38,890 bases of DNA, from IMG/VR virus record IMGVR_UViG_3300033067_001880, positions 1-38,890 of that record. One strand, 5' to 3'. This stretch comes from a virus. Lineage: Duplodnaviria > Caudoviricetes. The notes under the pieces were generated by a model. That model made no database searches, had not been told where the DNA came from, and saw only the letters and a list, made by a program, of their open reading frames with translations. The position numbers and the translations under genes were made by a program. Positions 1 to 8,121 of this stretch are shown here, piece by piece. Each line of letters starts with the position of its first letter. The first letter of the stretch is position 1.

Positions 1-5
1 AGAAC

Positions 6-782
6 GTGAGGATGCTTCCATCGCAGCCATGGCATAATCTTTGTGAACTGCAAGGATTGCATGGCGTTCTTGCGGAATGGGGAGATTTTCCAAAATCGCT
101 ATTGCAGATAACAGACAATCTTGCATCGGCTTTGCCATGCGGTAAATCAGGCGGCTGTTACATGAATGTTATTTTTCACGATAATGAGCATGTAGGCATA
201 TGCACATCAGAACCGAAATTATGCGAACGCCGTCTACTGAAGAAAGAGCAGACTATAATTTATCGTCTAAATACAAATACTCTGCTGAACAAGATTGCCG
301 AAGCAACTCATTGCCATTTACAGACAGAAGCCATTTCTGGGTTGCCCAACACATGGAAGGTTGGGCAAATTGCTCCGCAGGGTGAATTTAAGTTTTCAGT
401 TTTTGTTTCTCTCGCTGGAACAGTCTCTGGGCTGGACAAGGCGGTTAATCAGCTTTCATTTCAAGGCGCACCTTTCGTCTTGATTGGAAATCTGGGATCG
501 CTGTTCAGCCACGCTGCAATGGACGCATCTGCCAAAGTGAAGGCAAAGCTGATAGGTTTGGATGATCTGCTAACGGTAACTGATGTGGGTGGGGTTGAGG
601 TTAAGGATTCGGCGGGTGGATTAATTTCTGGATGGGTTGAGAACTTGATTCCCAAGAGCCAGAAGCCATGGGATGGAAAGAACTGCAACATACACATGCT
701 GGGCAGCAATGAAGGCAAGGTGCAACAATCAGCAAAGCAATTTGTATCAAAATTACGGAGGTCGCGGGATCAAACTTTGTGA
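6..782 (+). CDS. Non-phage-looking hypothetical protein with a Cys-containing N-terminus; truncated/chimeric after ~nt 668
   Basis: 258-aa ORF; the last ~38 codons are an out-of-frame read of the phage HNH gene; no phage structural motifs. Confidence 0.5.
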   Translation: MRMLPSQPWHNLCELQGLHGVLAEWGDFPKSLLQITDNLASALPCGKSGGCYMNVIFHDNEHVGICTSEPKLCERRLLKKEQTIIYRLNTNTLLNKIAEATHCHLQTEAISGLPNTWKVGQIAPQGEFKFSVFVSLAGTVSGLDKAVNQLSFQGAPFVLIGNLGSLFSHAAMDASAKVKAKLIGLDDLLTVTDVGGVEVKDSAGGLISGWVENLIPKSQKPWDGKNCNIHMLGSNEGKVQQSAKQFVSKLRRSRDQTL

Positions 783-1080
783 TCGCTGGCATGATTTTAT
801 AAATTTCTACGCCGATATGGGAGAGAAACCTAAGGGAATGACTATCGATAGAATTGATGTTAATGGAGATTATTCGCCGGGAAATTGCCGATGGGCTGAC
901 AGTAAAACGCAAAATAGAAACCGGCGAAACACTAAATATCTTGAATACAATGGCGAAAAACGACCCATGGCCGAATGGGCAGAATTAAAAAACTTGAAAA
1001 GAAAAGTTTTAGAAAATAGAATTAGGGCTGGCTGGGAAATATCTAAGGCACTGGAAACCCCAACAATGAAGCGTAACTAA
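649..1080 (+). CDS. HNH homing endonuclease, 3' part (5' part is at 38787-38890)
   Basis: SHGMERTATYTCWAAMKARC...YGGRGIKLCDRW...TIDRIDVNGDYSPGNCRWA; paralogous to 11382-12023; in-frame TGA at 646-648 where the N-terminus should be. Confidence 0.85.
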   Translation, partial: FPRARSHGMERTATYTCWAAMKARCNNQQSNLYQNYGGRGIKLCDRWHDFINFYADMGEKPKGMTIDRIDVNGDYSPGNCRWADSKTQNRNRRNTKYLEYNGEKRPMAEWAELKNLKRKVLENRIRAGWEISKALETPTMKRN

Positions 1081-3089
1081 TGGCAACTATTATTTGTGCA
1101 AAACCGCCAAACAGAACAGCAGAAAACGTCAATATATTATGCAACATGATTGCGAGGAATCACCCGGATCAGCATGAATATATTTGCTTGACGGATGACG
1201 CTACCGACATTCATGCATCTATAGAATGTTTGCCGTATAGCGACACAGTGAATTTTGCTGCGCTGCCAAAAGGCGGCATTAACGAAACTTTTATTTATTT
1301 TCACATTGATACGCTGATTACCGGCCCGCTGGATGAATTGTTTGCTTATGCGGGCGATTATGGGAAAACCAAAGCCGGGAATGTTGCCATATGGCGCAAA
1401 GGTAGTAAGCCCGAGATGTTAGATGATATTTATCCGCATATTTTTACTGATTATGCGCTATGCGCTGATATTTTCCCACAAAAAGCTAAAGTAATACGCT
1501 GCGCGGAATCCCCGGCTAATTATAATGGATGGCCAGAGCATATTTATAAAATCAACGGCGGCAGCGCTTTAGAGCTTAAAAATGTGGGGAATACGTCTAA
1601 TGACGTGCTGATTGAAAACATTATGTACGCCCTGCAATCAGGGTTGCCGTTTTTAGAAAAAAGCGAACCACATGACGGTATAGCAGCTATAGTAGGCGGA
1701 GGCCCGTCACTTGCTGGCGAGTATATACCGAATCATTACACGATATTCGCAACCAACAACAGTTGGCGACTTTTGCCAAGGTTTGATTATCACGTGATGG
1801 TGGACGCAAGGCCTGATAACGCAGCTTTTGTGCCTCCGGAGGGGAAAAAATTATACGCGACGCAGTGCCATAAATCAACGCATATTGGTGATGTGACCTT
1901 ATGGAATTCGTTGGAAGCGCAAGAATTGTGCGATGGGATGCTGGTTGCTGGCGGCTCGTCTGTCGGCCTGAAAGCGATAGTTATTGCGTATTTGATGGGT
2001 TTCAGAAAGTTCCATTTGTACGGATTGGACAGCTCGTATGCCGGTGGGAACCATCATGCGTATGCGCAGCCACTAAATGATGGCGAGCGCGTATTGCAGG
2101 TTGTCTGCGATGGAAAAGAATATGAAGCGGCCGCATGGATGGTAACGCAGGTGGAAGAGTTTAAGCAGCTCATGCCGCTTTTGGTGCAGGATGGCTGCGA
2201 GTTTTCTATTCACGGCACAGGATTATTGCCGGATGTGGCCAAAGGCATGGCCTGCAATGAATTCACAGCCGTTTATGACCTAGCATCAAGCCCGCCAACT
2301 TATGAGTTTATCACATTTTTGGCCGCAGCGGAAGAGTATCGTAAGAAAAATAATTACACGGGCATAAATATTGTATTTGCACCCGGCCCGAATGGTGGGT
2401 TTAGGGACGATAATTTGCCGCCAGATGTAGAAACGCGTAAAAGTATGCTTTGGCGCGTGTGTGTGCCTGCATGCAATTTGTTGCCTTCGGTGCGCAACGT
2501 AAGCGTTTTAGCGCACCGGCAGGCGGTGGATGGGCCAGTTTTTCCTGAAGGATGGGAGGTCAATAACCCCGTACCGCATTACGGCATGCAGCACATTACA
2601 AACGGCATAGAGCGCCCGCTAACAGCTACCAAGGCTGCGAAAGATAAGGTTAATAAGCTATATGGCAGCAAATTTGTGACCATCACTTTGCGTGAAGCGC
2701 CGTATTGGCCGGAAAGAAATTCTAAACGCGATGAATGGATGAAGGCGGCGGATGCTATTCGAGCAATGAGTTATGGCGTGGTAATAGTTGAGGATACAGA
2801 AACAACAACGGATGTGGTGGCGTGGGATATAGATTTCAGGGCTGCTTTATATCAAAAAGCGGTTTGCAACCTCGGCATATCTAACGGCCCGATGATTTTG
2901 GCCATGCTGTGCGATGCGAAATATATGATATTCAGGCCGGTAACGGATGGGCATACGTGCGTTAATGAGGAGTTTATGGCCCGCGTTGGCCTGCCGCGCG
3001 GCTCGCAATTAAGCGATAACGGGGTGATGGTTTGGGAAGATGATACGGCGGATGTGATTATAAAGCATTTTACACAAACAATATGTTGA
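1080..3089 (+). CDS. Three-domain glycosyltransferase-like fusion: degenerate GT-A + DUF115/Maf(MptE-like) + GT-B (GT9-like)
   Basis: N-term IICAK...VNILCNMIARN...YICLTDD...YFHIDTLITGPLDELF; middle IVGGGPSL...FATNNS...MVDAR...GGSSVGLKAIVIAYLMGFRKFHLYGLDSSY; C-term FVTITLRE...RNS...RAALYQKAVCNLGISNGP. Confidence 0.75.
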   Translation: MATIICAKPPNRTAENVNILCNMIARNHPDQHEYICLTDDATDIHASIECLPYSDTVNFAALPKGGINETFIYFHIDTLITGPLDELFAYAGDYGKTKAGNVAIWRKGSKPEMLDDIYPHIFTDYALCADIFPQKAKVIRCAESPANYNGWPEHIYKINGGSALELKNVGNTSNDVLIENIMYALQSGLPFLEKSEPHDGIAAIVGGGPSLAGEYIPNHYTIFATNNSWRLLPRFDYHVMVDARPDNAAFVPPEGKKLYATQCHKSTHIGDVTLWNSLEAQELCDGMLVAGGSSVGLKAIVIAYLMGFRKFHLYGLDSSYAGGNHHAYAQPLNDGERVLQVVCDGKEYEAAAWMVTQVEEFKQLMPLLVQDGCEFSIHGTGLLPDVAKGMACNEFTAVYDLASSPPTYEFITFLAAAEEYRKKNNYTGINIVFAPGPNGGFRDDNLPPDVETRKSMLWRVCVPACNLLPSVRNVSVLAHRQAVDGPVFPEGWEVNNPVPHYGMQHITNGIERPLTATKAAKDKVNKLYGSKFVTITLREAPYWPERNSKRDEWMKAADAIRAMSYGVVIVEDTETTTDVVAWDIDFRAALYQKAVCNLGISNGPMILAMLCDAKYMIFRPVTDGHTCVNEEFMARVGLPRGSQLSDNGVMVWEDDTADVIIKHFTQTIC

Positions 3090-3114
3090 TTGGCTCGCGC
3101 CGTTGTTGTATAAC
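3086..3114 (+). promoter_or_regulatory. sigma70-like promoter
   Basis: TTGATT-N17-TATAAC in the intergenic gap before 3144. Confidence 0.5.
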
Positions 3115-3143
3115 TGAGTCGGTAAACTTTAACGCAGGTATTT

Positions 3144-3776
3144 ATGGATTTTGCACCAGCCACGTTGATTCAAAACGGCATGAATGATTACGCGGTAAGC
3201 TATGGCAGCGATAAAAATGTCATTGCTGAATTTGATTATCGGCCAATTGTCAACGAGGCAGAATCAGCAAAGCAAGGTCGCTTGGTGCATGATAATGTGC
3301 CATTTATCCGCATGCGTTTTGCTGGCGATAAAACCAAAATTATGGACAGACCTGTTATTTTTGAAACAAATGGGCAATATCCCAGTGACCCTGAGCGGTT
3401 CCCTGTGCAATGGAAGCAATTTCAAAACAGCCAGAAACAAGCTCCTGAAGGCACGGATATTACCGAATGGCCGCCCATCAGCAAGGCGCAGGCGATGGAT
3501 TTGAAGGCGCTAAATATTTACACGGTAGAGCAATTGGCGGCATTGCCTGACAATGCTTTATCATTTTTAGGCGCGCGTCAGTTGCGCGATAAGGCAGACG
3601 CTTGGCTTAAAAGCGCAAGCGGTAACAGCGAAATTACTAAGCTAATGGCTCGTTTAGAGCAATTAGAAGCGGACAATCAAGCATTACGCATGCAATTACT
3701 TGCACCAGCAGGCGAAGAAGAGGAAGCGACAACTGAGGAAAGCAGGCCGCGCGGCAGACCTCGCAAGACAGCATAG
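3144..3776 (+). CDS. Conserved phage morphogenesis-region protein (HhH-like NIYTVEQLA motif, C-terminal coiled coil and RGRPRK)
   Basis: 210-aa ORF with RBS; position between head and tail genes. Confidence 0.6.
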   Translation: MDFAPATLIQNGMNDYAVSYGSDKNVIAEFDYRPIVNEAESAKQGRLVHDNVPFIRMRFAGDKTKIMDRPVIFETNGQYPSDPERFPVQWKQFQNSQKQAPEGTDITEWPPISKAQAMDLKALNIYTVEQLAALPDNALSFLGARQLRDKADAWLKSASGNSEITKLMARLEQLEADNQALRMQLLAPAGEEEEATTEESRPRGRPRKTA

Positions 3777-3784
3777 GGGTATTT

Positions 3785-4150
3785 ATGGTGCAAATTAAAT
3801 CATTAATGGGCAGCGGCCTATCGGCTATGGCCTCCACATCAATTTCCGGCACATGCGGCACAGCATTAACCGCCACCGGCTCGACGCAGGCAACAGCATT
3901 GCTTCTTTCGGCAGACGTTAATGAAGTGACCACTACGGCATCTTCAACAGGCGTTCAATTGCCTGTCAGTGCGATTGGCGATGAAATTACGGTTGGCAAC
4001 TACGGTGCAAACACGTTGTCTGTTTATGGTCAGACAGGTGAAGGTATCGGTAGCGGTGCAGCAAACGCAGCGTTTTCTGTTGCTGCCAACAAGGCCGCTA
4101 TTTTCCGTAAAGTATCATCGACACGTTGGATTGCGATATTGAGCGCATAA
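3785..4150 (+). CDS. Small Ser/Thr/Ala-rich virion protein
   Basis: 121 aa, beta-rich composition, structural operon. Confidence 0.55.
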   Translation: MVQIKSLMGSGLSAMASTSISGTCGTALTATGSTQATALLLSADVNEVTTTASSTGVQLPVSAIGDEITVGNYGANTLSVYGQTGEGIGSGAANAAFSVAANKAAIFRKVSSTRWIAILSA

Positions 4151-4172
4151 ATTCTAGCGAAGGATTTATGCT

Positions 4173-5123
4173 ATGGCAAATATCAATACAGCAGCCAAAT
4201 CCACATTTTTGGAGTTGGTGCAGTCCGCCTGCAATGAGATAGGGGCGACGCCCCCGTCTTTGGTTATTGGTGCGAATGATGACCAAACGCGCCAATTGCT
4301 TGCGCTTGCCAATCGTGAAGCTAATGAATTCAGTAAAATGGCTAATGGTTACGGCGGCTGGCAGGAGCTATACAAGGAGTATTCGTTTCTCACTTCCGCA
4401 GTAACGGGGCTTACTGGCGACATTACCAGCGGTAGTGCGGTTATTACGGGCATATCCTCAACGTCGGGGCTGGCAGCAGATATTTGGGGCGTGCAGGCAA
4501 CAGGATTGCCAAATGCGGCTCAAATTGTTTCTGTCGACTCATCGACACAGATAACGCTTGACCGACCAGCTACCGCCTCGACAACGGGCGCTACTCTTAC
4601 GATTGGCAAAATTGGTTATGCCATGCCAAGCGATTTTGAGTATTTCATCCAACAGACGTTTTGGGATGGTTCGTATCGCTGGCAGCTTTTAGGGCCGCTG
4701 GATGCACAAGAAAAAGACGTTCTAAAATACGGCATTAGTCCGGTAGGCCCGCGCCGCCGTTTTTGGATACGCAACAATTACATGTATTTGCAGCCGCAGC
4801 CGACAAATTCGACGGATGTGATTGCGTTTGACTATTTCAGCAATGCGTGGTGCCAATCGCAAGCGGGCGCGGCGCAGAATGTGTGGACTGCCGACACTGA
4901 TTATTATGTGCTAGATGATGATTGTTTCGTGCTTGGCCTAAAATGGCGGTTTTTGCGCGCGAAAGGGCTAGATTATGGCGAGGAGCGCATGGCGTATGAC
5001 GCGGCATGCCAACGTCAATTAGCACGTAACAGCGGAAATCGCGCATTGCCGCTGAACGCGATGAGCACGAATTTGCGTCTTCTTAACAACAACAATATAC
5101 CGGACACAGGCTTTGGCACGTAA
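4173..5123 (+). CDS. Head-tail adaptor (P22 gp4/T7 gp11 position) with an inserted beta domain
   Basis: TFLELVQSACNEIG N-terminus, LGLKWRFLRAKGLDY C-terminus; directly upstream of the nozzle gene. Confidence 0.65.
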   Translation: MANINTAAKSTFLELVQSACNEIGATPPSLVIGANDDQTRQLLALANREANEFSKMANGYGGWQELYKEYSFLTSAVTGLTGDITSGSAVITGISSTSGLAADIWGVQATGLPNAAQIVSVDSSTQITLDRPATASTTGATLTIGKIGYAMPSDFEYFIQQTFWDGSYRWQLLGPLDAQEKDVLKYGISPVGPRRRFWIRNNYMYLQPQPTNSTDVIAFDYFSNAWCQSQAGAAQNVWTADTDYYVLDDDCFVLGLKWRFLRAKGLDYGEERMAYDAACQRQLARNSGNRALPLNAMSTNLRLLNNNNIPDTGFGT

Positions 5124-6657
5124 AGCGCAGTTGGGCAAAGCCATTATTTCCACGGCGTCTGTGCAGGCTCCGACTGGTGGACTTAACGCGCGCGATGCGT
5201 TGGCGGATATGCCGGAAAGCGATGCATCTATATTAGAAAACTGGTTCCCTAAACCATCCAGCGTTGATATTCGTAATGGCTCTGAAAATTACGCGACAGG
5301 ATTGCCGGGCTGGGTGGAAACCTTAGCATTTTATCACAGCCCGTCTGCGGAAAATTTGTTCGCAGCTAGCGGTTCTGGTATTTATGATGTTACGGCAGGC
5401 GGCGCTGTCGGCGCGGCGTCCGTTACCGGTTTGGCAAGCGTCAGGTTCCAGCATGTAAATATCACCACACCCGGCGGCAGTTACTTATATATGGTAAACG
5501 GCGTCGATAAGCCGCAACTTTATACAGGTTCGGCGTGGGTTGCGGTAGACGGCGCAAGCACGCCAGCGATTACCGGAGTGACTACCACAAATCTAGTGCA
5601 TGTTAATTTGTTCAAAAACCGTTTGTGGTTTGTGGAAAAAGATACATTCAAAATATGGTATTTGCCCGTTGATAGCGTAGGTGGCGCGGCAAATTCGATA
5701 AATTTTGGTTCGCTATTCAAGCTGGGCGGCTCGTTAAATTGCATGGTCAATTGGACAATTAATAATGCCAACGGGATAGACGATTATGCCGCGTTTATTT
5801 CTACCGAAGGTGAGATTGCACTTTATAAAGGCACCGACCCCAGCAGCTCAACAACTTGGGCGCTGGTGGGGATGTTTCGCATAGGTAGACCGGTAGGCCG
5901 CAGATGCTACGCAAAAGTCAACTCAGACGTTGTCATCATTTGCGCGGATGGCGCGTATCCTATTTCACAGGCTGTACTTGTAGATAGGCAAAGCGATCAA
6001 TCTATAAGTTATAAGATACAAAATCTTATTAACACCGATGTGCAAAACTATTCATCGCATTTCGGCTGGCAGCCCATACTGTACCCAATCGGCAACAAGC
6101 TAATTATCAATGTGCCGAAGGAAGAAAACAGCATCCAGTATCAATATGTGATGAACACTATCAACGGCTCGTGGGCTAAATTCACAGGATGGAATGCGGC
6201 ATGCTGGGAAATTTACAATGATATGATTATGTATGGCGGCGATCAGGTTGTGGTGAAAGCCGATACCGGAACGGACGATAACGGCAACGCAATCAACACG
6301 GACGTAAAAACTGCTTTTACCTATTTCAAGCAGCGCGGCAGAATCAAACGTGTAACCATGGCGCGGGCTATATTTTATGCGACGGCTATATTTTATCCGT
6401 CGATAGAACTAAACATTGATTACGAGGATAGAATACCAACAGCGCCGCAAAACTTTTCTTCGTCAACAACGAGCTTGTGGGATGTTTCTGCTTGGGATGT
6501 TACCCCGTGGGGAAGCGCGTATCAGATACTTAAAAGCTGGCAAACGGTGAATGGCGTCGGCACAGCAATTAGTTTGCGGATTAAGAGCAGCACAATTGGC
6601 ATTGCTGCACAATGGCAGGCGGTCGATTATGCCTACGAAACGGGCGGTGTGTTCTAG
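5113..6657 (+). CDS. Tail nozzle/hub protein (P22 gp10-like beta-propeller)
   Basis: 514 aa; APTGGLNARD start, FKNRLWFV propeller-type repeats; synteny. Confidence 0.7.
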   Translation: MARKAQLGKAIISTASVQAPTGGLNARDALADMPESDASILENWFPKPSSVDIRNGSENYATGLPGWVETLAFYHSPSAENLFAASGSGIYDVTAGGAVGAASVTGLASVRFQHVNITTPGGSYLYMVNGVDKPQLYTGSAWVAVDGASTPAITGVTTTNLVHVNLFKNRLWFVEKDTFKIWYLPVDSVGGAANSINFGSLFKLGGSLNCMVNWTINNANGIDDYAAFISTEGEIALYKGTDPSSSTTWALVGMFRIGRPVGRRCYAKVNSDVVIICADGAYPISQAVLVDRQSDQSISYKIQNLINTDVQNYSSHFGWQPILYPIGNKLIINVPKEENSIQYQYVMNTINGSWAKFTGWNAACWEIYNDMIMYGGDQVVVKADTGTDDNGNAINTDVKTAFTYFKQRGRIKRVTMARAIFYATAIFYPSIELNIDYEDRIPTAPQNFSSSTTSLWDVSAWDVTPWGSAYQILKSWQTVNGVGTAISLRIKSSTIGIAAQWQAVDYAYETGGVF

Positions 6658-7067
6658 TGCTGGTGTATGATAGGCAGCGAGAGCTTATCGAATGGGCAAG
6701 TCAAGGAATTTTTGGCATACCTGACGCTTGGGACGAAAAAGCAGTAGCGATTGGCGTTGAGCGTGAAGGCGAAATTATCGCTGCGGTGATTTACACAGAT
6801 TACCACCCGCACTGCATTGATATGCACATTTATACCGTTGACAAAAGATGGTGCAATCGGCATACTATAAAAGCATTTTTTGCGTACCCCTTCATCCAGT
6901 TAGGACTGGAAAGAGTCCAATCCGTCATTAGGACAGATAACGAAGGGGCAATCACCTTGCTAAAAAAACTCGGATATACGCGTGAAGGAACGCACCCAAA
7001 AGCATATTTTGGTGGTGCGGATGCCTATAGCTACGGGCTTTTGAAGCATCAATGTAAATGGATATAA
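6657..7067 (+). CDS. GNAT-fold acetyltransferase-like protein (P22 gp14/T7 gp13 position)
   Basis: GTG at 6657 overlaps upstream TAG; FAYPFIQLGLERV...DNEGAITLLKKLGYTREG GNAT motif. Confidence 0.75.
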   Translation: MLVYDRQRELIEWASQGIFGIPDAWDEKAVAIGVEREGEIIAAVIYTDYHPHCIDMHIYTVDKRWCNRHTIKAFFAYPFIQLGLERVQSVIRTDNEGAITLLKKLGYTREGTHPKAYFGGADAYSYGLLKHQCKWI

Positions 7068-7068
7068 T

Positions 7069-8121
7069 ATGGGCAAATCCGCGCCAAAGGCTCCGGCACA
7101 ACCGGACCCAGTAGCCACCGCGCAAGCGCAAGGGGCTGTCAACAAGGAAACGGCGATAGCTAACGCGCGCCTGAATAACGTCAACCAATATACGCCATAC
7201 GGTAGCCTGACGTATCAGGAAACCGGCAATGTGGATGGAACACCCACTTTCTCAAGCACCATCTCGCTGTCACCAGAGCAGCAAAAATTGCTGAATATGA
7301 GCAATCAGGGAGATATTGGCACTGCGCAGTTAGGGCTAGACCAGCTTGGTAGAATCAGCAATGCGGTTTCAACTCCATTTAGTTATGGTGGCCTTCCTGA
7401 CGCCCCTACTGCACAATCTATGCAGGACGCGCAATCTACGGGCCAGCAAGCGGTTCTATCGCGGCTACAGCCGCAATGGGAGCACGATCAGCAGGCGCTT
7501 GATGCAAAACTGTCAAATCAAGGAATTCAGCAGGGCAGCGAAGCGTATAACGATGCTTATCGGCAATTTAATAATGCAAAGAATGATGCTATGCAACAAG
7601 CCATTCTTTCTGGCCAGCAATATGCGACGCAGGGTCAAAATGATGCGTTGGCGCGCAGGCAGCAGGCGATTCAGGAATACTCAACGCAGCGCAATGCGCC
7701 ACTTAATGAATACGCGGCGCTTACCTCTGGCAGCCAAGTTACTAACCCGACGTTCCAAAACATCCAATATGGTGGTGCGGCCCCTGCGGATTTGGCTGGC
7801 AACATTTATAAAAATTACCAAGGCGCGCTTAATAATTACAGCAATCAGGTGGCGCAACGGAATGCAAGCATGGGCGGCTTGTTTGGCTTAGGCGGCGCAT
7901 TGGGTTCGGCATTAATAACATCAGACAGGCGCCTAAAAACCGCGATCAAAAAATGCGGTACGCTGGCAAATGGCATCAATATTTACGAGTATCGCTACCT
8001 TGGCGATGTGACCCATCAGATTGGTGTTATGGCGCAAGAAGTATTGCGAATCATGCCGGAAGCAGTCGGCGTAATGCACGGTTACTACTGTGTAGATTAC
8101 GGGAAGGTGCTCAATGGCTAA
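7069..8121 (+). CDS. Internal virion/DNA ejection protein with C-terminal Peptidase_S74 (intramolecular chaperone) domain
   Basis: Gln/Ala-rich helical body, Gly-rich hydrophobic segment, then SDRRLK...IYEYRY...GVMAQEV...PEAV...VDY. Confidence 0.75.
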   Translation: MGKSAPKAPAQPDPVATAQAQGAVNKETAIANARLNNVNQYTPYGSLTYQETGNVDGTPTFSSTISLSPEQQKLLNMSNQGDIGTAQLGLDQLGRISNAVSTPFSYGGLPDAPTAQSMQDAQSTGQQAVLSRLQPQWEHDQQALDAKLSNQGIQQGSEAYNDAYRQFNNAKNDAMQQAILSGQQYATQGQNDALARRQQAIQEYSTQRNAPLNEYAALTSGSQVTNPTFQNIQYGGAAPADLAGNIYKNYQGALNNYSNQVAQRNASMGGLFGLGGALGSALITSDRRLKTAIKKCGTLANGINIYEYRYLGDVTHQIGVMAQEVLRIMPEAVGVMHGYYCVDYGKVLNG

